Origin: a virus
IMG/VR virus record: IMGVR_UViG_2667527373_000007
Location: 2,547 to 66,546 of that record
Reading direction: 5' to 3' (one strand)
Length of the DNA: 64,000 nt
Below are positions 47,701-55,100 of this stretch, in pieces. How positions within the stretch are numbered: the stretch's first letter is position 1; each line of letters starts with the position of its first letter. Position numbers and translations under genes: made by a program. A model generated the notes under the pieces. That model was not told where the DNA came from and did no database searches. It worked only from the letters and a program-made list of their open reading frames with translations.

Positions 47701-50700
47701 GTACCAATGGTAAGTTCCATAAGACCCGTTGCTGGATCGTATGTTGCATTACTTACGTCAAATGCTTGTTCTGGACCTGATGCAGTGTGCTGTGTTAATC
47801 CAATACCTACAATTGGAAGTGAAGTATCGTATGCTGGATCTGTTGGTCTTGGATAAGTATGTTGAGTAGCATTAGCATCTTGTTCGCAAGTAAATGTTAA
47901 TGCATTATTTGCTATCTTAATAGAATCACCAACTGATAAATTATGATCACCAATTGTTAGTGCTAATACACCAGATGAAGGAGTATATACTGCATTAGTA
48001 ATATCTTTGTTTACAATAGCAGTAGATCCTACATTAACTGTAATTGTACCAGTAGTTCTTATTATTCCATTTGCACTTGCAGAAACAAAATAATGTGTTG
48101 ATGTATTAGAAGAAATACCAACATTTAAAGTAAAATTGTTTGTTGTTACACCAGAAATCTCAATGAATCTGTCACTGATAGGATCATCCTCACGAGGATA
48201 TGTGTGTTGAGTAGCACGACTATCTAAATCACATTCAAATGTTAAACTTCCATCTACAATTTGAACAAAATCTCCATTGGAGAATCCATGATTATTACTG
48301 GTTATAACCAAAGTACCAGCAGCAGGATCATATGTAGCACCAGTTGCTGTCTTTGTTTCTGTTGTAATTGCTGTTACAGGAATTGATGTACCAGCAGAAG
48401 GGTCAGTTCCTGGTCTTGGATATGTATGTACAGAAGCATAATCATCCTGTTCGCAACGGAATGATAATGCATTATCAGACATTATAATATCTTGTCCAAC
48501 ACGAAGACCATGTTGTCCGATAACAAGATCTAAATTACCATTTACAGGATTATAAGTTGCATCAGATGGTGTCCATGTCTTATCTGGACCAGCAGCACCT
48601 ACGTTAACTGTAATAGAGTTAGCATCAGCACCAGTAATTGCAATTGACTTACCAGCAGCCATGTCTTGGAAATCAGTTCCACCGCCAGGACGAGGATAGA
48701 ATTTAGTCTCTTGATTACCATCCATTGTGCAACTAAAGCCCAATGAATTGTCGTCTATAACAACATTATCACCAACTTTAAGTGTATGAGATGGAATTGT
48801 TAAAATTAAGTTACCAGTTGCAGGATCATAACTTGCATTTGTTGGAGTCCACTGACTATCTGCTCCAGCAGCACCTACATTAACTGTAAATGTATCTGTT
48901 GTTGTGCTTGTAATAGGAATTGCTTTACCAGCAGCAGGATCAGATGCTTTTGGATAGTAATGCTCTGTAGCATTAGAATCCATAGCACAAGTAAATGTTA
49001 GAGATCCAGTTCCAATTCTTACACCAGCACCTGTTGATAATCCATGAGCTGCTTTTGTAATAACTAAATCACCAGTGGCAGGATCATATGTAGCACCAGT
49101 TGGTGTTATTGCTGACGCTGCTGATCCAGCAATATTAAAGATTGAATAGTAATCTTTAGCAAATTGTGCTCCAATCTTACCTAAAACTTCATCTGCAATG
49201 AAATCTCTGTTATTCTTAATGTAATTTGCAGCATCTTGGAAACGTCTGCTAACAGATGTTGTTAATGGGAAACTGTTAGGAGAGTTAAGTAATGATAGAT
49301 ATACAACTCTTGAAGCATTTTTAACTACAGCAAACTGACCTGGATCGAAGTTTGCATCTGTAAGAGCAGGATCTTTCTTAGGAATAACAAATCGTCTGCA
49401 ACGACCATCTGCATCCTCTATAACTTTATAAATTCTTTGCTTACCATTCAAGAATGATAAGTCTGGTGTACTAGTTGGAAGACCTGATATTTCTACTTCT
49501 TGACCTTCTTTAAACTCATGAGTATTAGTTCTACCAACAAGAGCACTTGTGTAGAATACAATACCTCCTACATCTTCAGCATTACCATACTGAGGACTCT
49601 GATAACCACCAGTTGCTATGGAAGGATCTCCCTGTAGAGAGAAGTCAATTCTAGAAATAGGTAGAGTAGAAATGAAATCTTCGTCTACCTCAGTAACTTC
49701 ACCCTCTGCTCTAATTGACTTAATCTTAGTTGTGTCAATGGTTTCAATGTTTGGTGTGGCAGCAAACATTTGAATAGTAGCAGCATTGTTACTATTCCAA
49801 GTTGGAGCATTAAGTGATTTTAATGGTTGGAATGTTACATCCCAATAAGTAGGAGCATTATCTGTATCAATTCCAACTACCTGATAGAAACCTTCTGTAA
49901 ATTCTTGATCATTTGTATCATCAAGTTTTACATATGTACCAGCAGGAATTACAGAAGAAGGATCAGCAGTAAATTTTAATATATTTTGACCATTAGTTCC
50001 TTCAATGGTTGCAGAAATTTGAGAACCTGCACCAGCAGATGTGATATATTCAAATCGTTCACCCTCAACAAAAGAACCACTAGTTAGATTAACATCAATC
50101 GTACCATTAATATATGCGTTAGCACCAGTAGTAGTATCAAATACAACATCAAATATATCTGCTCTAGCACCAGTGTTTAGACCAACAACTTCTAACGATG
50201 AAACAAGATTAGATAAACCAGTGTTTTGTTGGAAATTAACACGGAATTGATCTGGACCAAAGACCTGTGTACCAACTTTAAAGTCAACACCAGCATCTCC
50301 ATTGACATCAGGATCGAGGATAATACGTTGCTTATCGTCAAAGACCATCGCGTAATCCCAAGTAGCAACAGCGTCACCATTGGAGTCAATTTGGTCTCTG
50401 AATGTTACACCTAAGACGTAGTTCTTATCACCGAACTTGAATATATGTTTACCTGGGTTTGCAGGACGTACAATAACCAAACGTAAGTTGTCACCAACAA
50501 CTGATGCATCAGGTGGAATGGATATTGGGTTGTCTTCTACATAATCTCCACCAGAAACAACAATAGTTTCTTTAACACCAGGAGTTTTCCATGCCTCTTG
50601 ACATGCTTTTTTAATAGTTCTTACAGGGTTTACCGCAGATCGACCATCGTTAAGGTCAGAACCAATCTGTTGTGAAACGTAAATACGACCACCAACGTCA

Positions 50701-51569
50701 TTCGTTGCTAGGTTAAGGACGTATTCTGTAGTAGCAATCTTGTCTGATCTGTCACCTAGTAGAGGTGTAATGGATCTTGGATATATTCCAGCATCTCCAG
50801 TAACATTATATCCAAATCTTTCACTATCAACTGCATGGAAACCAATATGCTTAAACTGAACTTCACCATTCAGTACAATACCATCAACGTGTGTTGGAGC
50901 TTCAGATCCAGTTTGACCTGAATTTAATGACTGGTATAAATTAGCACCAAAATATCTGTATGCATCCTTCTGAAGGATGACATTAGGAGCCCAAGGAGTA
51001 CCAGTATTATTCTGATATGTCTTTAAATTTGGTGCTCTGAAGTTAGCATCAGGAGTAACAAAGTTATCAATATCAAGGTTAAGGATTCTTGCAGTATCAG
51101 AGATGATAGAAGTTGATGTTCTAATAGCACCAGAAACGTCAAGTTCGTAATCAACGGTGTCAAGAACAGCTTCGGCAGTTGCACCAGATCCACCACCACC
51201 TTCAATTGTAACTAGAGGAGCAGTTGAATATCCTAAGCCTGGGTTGTTAACGGCGATAGTAACAACTTGACCATTGAATATAAAGGCAGATGCTTGAGCT
51301 TGTACACCACCAGCAGGAGGAGCTTCTATAGTAACAGTAGGCTGAACAGTAAACCCTGAACCACCATTGGTGATATCAATATTGTTTATTCTCTGTCCAG
51401 TTCTGTTAATACCAACACGAGGTAATCCTGTGTTAGTATCTAATTCTGTACGTATTATCTCTCTTTCTAGAGCACCCGTACCAACTCTTATGGTTGCTTC
51501 TGTATCACCGATAAGAGAGGGTTTAGAACCTCTAATCCTTTCCTTATCAGAATTGATGTTAAAACTCAT
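38709..51569 (-). CDS. giant tail fibre / adhesin (4286 aa)
   Basis: NSGxGY beta modules, pectin-lyase-like beta-helix motifs, helical DLxxGxN repeats, about 14 YDPxTG...HxYPR repeats, fibre-type NADLLDG-like and VGIGT repeats near the C-terminus. Confidence 0.85.
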   Translation of the reverse strand: MSFNINSDKERIRGSKPSLIGDTEATIRVGTGALEREIIRTELDTNTGLPRVGINRTGQRINNIDITNGGSGFTVQPTVTIEAPPAGGVQAQASAFIFNGQVVTIAVNNPGLGYSTAPLVTIEGGGGSGATAEAVLDTVDYELDVSGAIRTSTSIISDTARILNLDIDNFVTPDANFRAPNLKTYQNNTGTPWAPNVILQKDAYRYFGANLYQSLNSGQTGSEAPTHVDGIVLNGEVQFKHIGFHAVDSERFGYNVTGDAGIYPRSITPLLGDRSDKIATTEYVLNLATNDVGGRIYVSQQIGSDLNDGRSAVNPVRTIKKACQEAWKTPGVKETIVVSGGDYVEDNPISIPPDASVVGDNLRLVIVRPANPGKHIFKFGDKNYVLGVTFRDQIDSNGDAVATWDYAMVFDDKQRIILDPDVNGDAGVDFKVGTQVFGPDQFRVNFQQNTGLSNLVSSLEVVGLNTGARADIFDVVFDTTTGANAYINGTIDVNLTSGSFVEGERFEYITSAGAGSQISATIEGTNGQNILKFTADPSSVIPAGTYVKLDDTNDQEFTEGFYQVVGIDTDNAPTYWDVTFQPLKSLNAPTWNSNNAATIQMFAATPNIETIDTTKIKSIRAEGEVTEVDEDFISTLPISRIDFSLQGDPSIATGGYQSPQYGNAEDVGGIVFYTSALVGRTNTHEFKEGQEVEISGLPTSTPDLSFLNGKQRIYKVIEDADGRCRRFVIPKKDPALTDANFDPGQFAVVKNASRVVYLSLLNSPNSFPLTTSVSRRFQDAANYIKNNRDFIADEVLGKIGAQFAKDYYSIFNIAGSAASAITPTGATYDPATGDLVITKAAHGLSTGAGVRIGTGSLTFTCAMDSNATEHYYPKASDPAAGKAIPITSTTTDTFTVNVGAAGADSQWTPTNASYDPATGNLILTIPSHTLKVGDNVVIDDNSLGFSCTMDGNQETKFYPRPGGGTDFQDMAAGKSIAITGADANSITVNVGAAGPDKTWTPSDATYNPVNGNLDLVIGQHGLRVGQDIIMSDNALSFRCEQDDYASVHTYPRPGTDPSAGTSIPVTAITTETKTATGATYDPAAGTLVITSNNHGFSNGDFVQIVDGSLTFECDLDSRATQHTYPREDDPISDRFIEISGVTTNNFTLNVGISSNTSTHYFVSASANGIIRTTGTITVNVGSTAIVNKDITNAVYTPSSGVLALTIGDHNLSVGDSIKIANNALTFTCEQDANATQHTYPRPTDPAYDTSLPIVGIGLTQHTASGPEQAFDVSNATYDPATGLMELTIGTHSLTTASKVRIKQNSLGFKCAMDGQTATKTYPRTTDPAYDQELTVSATTATTITLDVGTTSNTQHTATNGAYDPLTGLMTLTIGAHSLAVGTSVRIADASLTFQCQKDQYATDHSYPRSSDPAYQTAVTITNVTSTSITLDVGVSPDTSTHRWKPGFTATNAITSGGNYAHTWGGGVATGAIQVGGTYYNPNNGELILTVTNHGFSNGDKIKIAEKSLQFTCDLDNDQSTHSYPRLNDPAGDEWLTISNVTTNSFKVNVGTSSNTSPHTFVSANANGISRQDGTIQVNVGATPLSEYTPTDATYTASSGDLTLTIGNHNIVTGESIRIADDSLTFTCGMNGNQSNHTYPRSTDPVYGTSVAVTDVGSTSHTVENAVYTPSTGNLAITITNHGFQNTNRIKFDDNSLTFRCAKDANGSDHTYPRPTDPASAEWLEITNVTANSFSVNVGVSSNLDTHSFQSATTGGLKHQSGVITVNVGASPLVNHNVTNATYDPATGVMEMTIGSHTLTVGESIKIPDNALTFTCAMDGNGSNHTYPRSTDPVSDTSIPITAVTGTTISVNVGTTPLLKYTPTNASYNPVNGELELTIGQHSLTTGESVKLADNSLTFTCGLDGNIVQKTYPRSSGEGANAGTPDPAYNTAVTITGVTATTIKMNVGTSSDISGHTFINAAVDALITGGNYAHTWAGGTATGAVVSGGNYPHNFVSASSGAIIVGGDYPHTFVSATAGACVIGGQYTHEFVSATSEAVKCLPQSVHSFISAATNCVKNLPQSAHTFVRAGTNAISVGGSIFKANIGVTPEVHTYVSGGTVEFGGSSYNITDFVYDNAVTGDATITVSAAIPNIAEDDTVKLANILMSCASGQKTYPAYSSPDASGANGDEQCREDTVHFLNALVRDLEFGTNHNIVEAGKKLIVDGKITYIDYEITQVVRSIFYAKELATYAMCNWRTGNRLPTDLQYVPEHSSVARYFDPTTRTATAGTPACDDVRAAIDTLSLLYVDVISNNAADTYLDAAYLIARNRHLIADQALRDTLVQFPEANLSDVDERKCRRDINIVLSGLIRDLVLGGNTGIVTAAEEYFTGTQLTGIETKMLAQTIYAYQKVRDYSIDALSNWSAGTTLPAVVTPSTATYTANTGDLTVTFPTPTTAVTTSHRFAFTEEALTFTCDVDSGASTHAYPRRVPADKKAYGRSLEITNVSTSGGNTIVTVNVGAAGSASASTHAFDSAKANGCYVIYDQVTTDSPIPKFEDWNITLYTGSTPRCANVASTITTEMALFEDILDETIASGDTTQTYGTLFDTSTIATYPDSYIYDANNQRVAIRGDFDDYPIIEASPYTQNSSVISFLGGSGALVDGAKVKQPNCPFPGLELDGSASFPNQGKSMVANAFTMVTFGGTGYNVINDGYAQLVSVFCIFAGDGCLASSGGYISITNSATNFGQFALRGVGYSAVPYTFDVCTITNVSSTPTGRTILTVSGLGREPLEHYVLKIDGYSNAVDGIEYFVDSVAAVTVGPPFSAQLTIDDGTGGGMSMIDDATGNAVATSALLSQTLRLHRPSIVNSSSHTWEYAGSGTNYLALPENGGTKIEANEQVSENYGRVYVSGTDELGDFKVGTFARIENRTGNITFTGTVTISEVEFLKLKGGDVVVTGFDDSNTLGGSNASDSKLPTQKAVRDYITNNLGPYINKPYSTNAVPRALVELTDSGKISVDQIPALRPFSVYTVPDQASRLDLEGALAGDIAIQQDSSQSFILNNDLTSLYLGFTPNASLAFTIGDIFTGSISNGQIQSTEYRKGVLYQINITNSGSGYTVAPTVTITGGNPEAGAVQAAATCTVANGQVVTVTIEEFNGFKGGKLYTTAPTITFAAPPGAGTQAQGVGLIESRLYGDIVNKLKIEDTDTFDDSTTPTATTVNINRVVNTSATVANNWVSLSTNQIAASDITSGVIETDRLASGGAANSFTFLRGDQNFSLAVQSLKGAENRYFAQLYSQASTGTNQLIFQTNQNALVGHTVNETNTGIDPNTNITGVVTAGGLTTVSINNPVTQNIVAGTILEFERGESPMTFESTYTQGNFIDDVIISNGGSGYTNGQYFGVALSGGTGTDLKVNIVVSGNAVTEVTVVDAGSGYNADFSITVAPSEIGTGSNLVLEAKVSTVIRQYANVAMDVKRVTDQTISSDLYGTIGVSRYKKAQFNIGIAGNGSVELKTGPDSGLDADLLDGAQGSFYLNSGNQNAGTLPTDRLSGTYNISISGQSQNTIRLLTGTNNPTSNPAPNNFVEGAIANTIFNSANSLTDGGTRNLVLTLRNGGSGFDATFGGVRQLAFTDNDNMWLRGSGTGVTTWGSWGKVWTSLNDGVDSGLDADRFDNKQGTWYQNALNINFGTISDNRLPRFLSPTVFNNSTTVKSFLGDPKYEIYVSGLILNTSPWIPGNPVNLYNANAQAVGSFTIDNISINDDVSDNFNDYTILIGRLTSGNFIGAETIGTASQRVTFHDFTIQDANTYEVAKLYHNGGQALLNLGRSDGQATSPSIYFKSSASAASNYNVALIAQGGNATDGSGTLDIQVVNADGLSINGNTAWNAGNITFQSANIASTAVKRDASGNFSAGTITASIIGASSLNVLKTGDTMTGSLNITGAGSNLSVSNNLSVTGTTTLTDDVNVDSGTLFVDVSQNNVGIGTSSPASNVKLDVRGSIRIGTFSQSQTNAGEAWIGRAADREDGTLTIQLGGDSASNTKFEIVDRAWSKVMYSFSGEAPSASLHVNSSGNVGIGRAATSGYKLDVNGSGMVQGSWSIDSANDNSGAPIYFKGASSARNFRIGNQIGWNDVFEITPSTANGNVTWQNTPAVAVQGTNRRVAINTNVFSGTDTTVSPNVNRDYQLNIQGDVNLNGQLFQNNAEFVTSRWTKSPNDNDIYRQSLVGINFSTDRDPVEALEVEGNIHVTGQLEANGDKQWLDDYGVIKSNRDSISANATVPNNTNAFSFGPIEITSGVTVTVDNGGNWTIL
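45100..49150 (-). repeat. nested array of 13 approx. 90-aa repeat modules inside the giant fibre
   Basis: Consensus TPTxATYDPxTGxLxLTIxxHxL..G..V.I...SLTFxC..D....HxYPR..DP...I...TITVNVG...HxFxSA; the closing strands are displaced. Confidence 0.8.
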
Positions 51570-51616
51570 GGTGTCGCCTTACTCCAAGCCTTTAAAATCC
51601 TATTTTATATTTAGCA

Positions 51617-52117
51617 TCAAGTCCACGCAATACTGATAACTTCTGTCACGGCAACCCATTTAATTGTAGCAGTTGTACCTGCTCTAGTTGTAGTATAGCT
51701 AAATCTATTAGTTGATCCTAAAGGTTGAATATCCCAAGTCTGACCAGTAGGAATATCATCCTTAATAACTGTTGTCATTGTAGAAAGTACACTAGTATTA
51801 CCAACAGCATCACAAAATAATGTTGTCTCCATCTTCGCACTCCAGACAGTTCCTGTGGGATTAACTCCAAGGATATATCCAGTGATAAAATTAACTGTAT
51901 TCTGTTTAATTACTATCTGACCAGCAGTAGTATCCAAAGAAAGTACAGATGTATTTAATCCGCGTAAAATATACCGAGTAGAATCACTATCTGTAAAATG
52001 TGAGTTTGCAATATGTAAAGTGTTAAAATCCTTTGCATTTCTCTCTGAATCAAATATTGTAGTTTGTCCTATAGAAAAACCACCATTAGAATCTAATTGT
52101 TCTTTTGTTACTGCCAT
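51617..52117 (-). CDS. putative virion structural protein
   Basis: 166-aa beta-rich ORF between two fibre genes; a CTAAATA element at 51608-51614 precedes the next gene. Confidence 0.7.
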   Translation of the reverse strand: MAVTKEQLDSNGGFSIGQTTIFDSERNAKDFNTLHIANSHFTDSDSTRYILRGLNTSVLSLDTTAGQIVIKQNTVNFITGYILGVNPTGTVWSAKMETTLFCDAVGNTSVLSTMTTVIKDDIPTGQTWDIQPLGSTNRFSYTTTRAGTTATIKWVAVTEVISIAWT

Positions 52118-52120
52118 TGT

Positions 52121-55100
52121 TTATTTCTTAGTAATATTTGATACGATAGTCACCTTAACGGTATGAGTCGCTAGGACATTAGCTCCTAATGTCATATTTA
52201 GTCTAACCTCATTGTTAGATGTCATTTCAAATTCTGGTACAATCAATTCAATTCCAGTTCTTAGATTTCCATATTCGTTGTATACAACATTCACTCCATC
52301 ATCTATAACACCAAACTCATACATTTCTTTATGTGCATTTGATACGTTCTCTGCTACGACAACAACCTTAGCACCTTTCTCAGTTGAAGTTGGATAAATG
52401 ACTGAGTTACCACTGTTAGATGAACCCTTAACCATAGTAACAACATCAGTTAATATCCTAAGATCAGCAAGTTCAAACTCTTTAAGATCGCTATCAAAGA
52501 CCTTAACTCCACTATATGTTCCTGTACCAAATCCTGTGTTTAGATATACATCACCTTGATCATCTAATCTTAAAATAGGATCTGTATAAACACCAGATGA
52601 TACACCTAGATCAAAGTATTGCTTAGAACTATGAAGGAATGTCTTAGTAGCAGATGTGTTGTCAAGAGTTGTTGCAGCACCATCAAATGTGAATAGAGAT
52701 GCAGTGATCTCAAATTCATCAGTAGTACTAGAAACAATAGTATCAACTGAATAAAACTCAAATGCTGACTGAGTTAATCTCAATGCATTATTACCAGCAG
52801 TATAGAAGTATAAAGTATCTTCATCACCACCAGCAGTTAATTCAGGAACAATATAAGTATCTTGGTCAACGTCTTTAACACCACCCAATGATCCCCAGTT
52901 CAATCCATCAAATCCTTCATATTGAAGTGTGGATGAGTTATATCTGATAGAACCTCTTTCAGCAACACCTCTTTGAGCAGTGTTACCAGATGGAACTACT
53001 AATGATGTAGCAGCATCAATCTTAACTTTTTTACCAGAGTTAGGTCTAATATTTAAGTCACTAACATCAGTTGAAATCTCATTACCAAGGAATCTTAGAT
53101 CTCCACTAATAACAAGTGGACATGTCTTATTAGGACCAACTCTAAGTTCTTGAATATCATCAAATGTTAATGGAGCAACACCCAATCCCCAGAATGTTAA
53201 TTCCGCAGTACCATTAGCAAGAGCACCAGATGTGTGTATTGGTTCATTACCAGTAGTAGCAGTAGTACCAGGAATAGTTACTTCATATAAATTGTTTAAC
53301 CACTTAACATATTGTCCTGCTGTTACAGGTGCGTTAGCATTCCACTCTGTATACGCAGGTGCAAGTACGTTTACAGAACGTACCTTCTTCATGTTTACAA
53401 ACTCAAGGAAGTTAGGACTTACCTTAAGTGTATTAACGTTATCGTTAAAGAACCAGATAGTGTTATCGTTAGCACCAACTGTCTCTTCTGCCAACATGTA
53501 GGTGTTTCCATCTAAGTCTCTTACACCACCTAGAGATGACCATGATGTTGTACTAGAATGATAACCTTCGTACTGATTAGATGTAGTATTAAATCTAATC
53601 ACACCATCCTTCGTAACAGCAGGGCCAGGTCTGGATGCTGTATCACCAGCAGGAACTGCGAAACCAGATAATGCATCTACACCAGCAATTCTTCCTTGCT
53701 CTGGTTTAAGAGTAATATCCTTAGCATTGAAAGAAGTTATTGTAGCATCATCACCAGTAATCTTAAGATTATCGCCAGCTCTAATATCATCAGATTTTAA
53801 ATAACCACCAGTAGCAACTGTTAAGTTACCAGTAGCACCCTCAATCTGTATTGTTGGTACAAATGGAGTACCAGATCCAACTTTAAAGAATTGAGTTGTT
53901 ACTTCAACGTCCTTATCTGCATCAGTCTGAATACCTAATTTTGTACCAGTAATAGCACCAGCAGTAGCAGGAGCTTTTAATAATGGAGTTTCTAATGATG
54001 CACTAGCAATAGCAACAGTAGAAGTTAGATTAGGAATAGTAGCATTACCAATTTCACCATCAGTTGAAACAAGATTTCTAACAGTGAATGATCCATCAAG
54101 AACTTCACCCTTAATAATTTCTTCTATAACAACATCATTAACAAGTAACTGGAATCCAGTACCAAATGTCTTAGGGTTATTTTGATCAATGGTAATTGCT
54201 GATTCTTGACCATCTTCACCACCTTCATTAGTATGGTCAATACTATCAGTAGCACAATAGTAATAAAGTGTTGGAGTATCTTCAGTTACTTTAATACTTA
54301 AAGCTTCAGATCCAGCAGCACTAACTCTCGTTACACCATCAGTATACTCAGCACCAAAAACATTAAATTCAACTGCACCACCAACTGTAGGCAATTTGTC
54401 AATAGTAAACTGAGTTGCACTATCAACACTTACAATCTTTGTATCAGCAGCAAATGTACCTGCTCCTTGGTCAGCAAGATCTTTCTCTACAACAAACCCT
54501 ACTTTATATCCAGTTGTAGAACCAACTGTAATTTGAGTTGCTGTTGATGCTAATGTTGCTGTCTGACCTTCTACTCTATCCCATCTTCCATCTGGAAATG
54601 AACTTAGAGAGAATATATGACCACCAAGTGTAGCACTATTTAAATCAAATTTATATTCATTACCAACAAACAATGTTAATGCTGGAACAAATTGATCAAC
54701 ACCATTTCCAGTATCAATAGTAAATCTAAAGTCATCAGCAGAACTTTGTACCTCATATGCCGTAGTACCAGCAGCATCATTAACAAAGAATCCACCAGCA
54801 TTAAGACCAAAGTAGTCGATGACCATATATGTGATCCATCCACCAGCTGCTACAATCTTACGCACAGCAGTACCAGTACCAGCAGAACTTACACTACCAA
54901 CTGCTAATACAATATTATCAGCAGGAGAAGCACCACCAACTAAAGTTCCATCAATAGTTACTACTTCTGTATCTACATAAAATCTTCCTTCATCTCCAGT
55001 AGTTATAGTTACTGATAAAACAGCACCTGTATTATCACGAGTAACATCAAATTTTGCACCAACACCAGATCCAGCAGATGTTGAAGCAACTCCACTGTAT

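Noticed and set aside
45644-47747. Identical 20-25-nt DNA repeats in the fibre as possible DGR template/variable repeats or CRISPR
   Set aside because: They are in-frame parts of duplicated protein modules. There is no adenine-specific divergence, no reverse transcriptase in the window and no regular spacer array.
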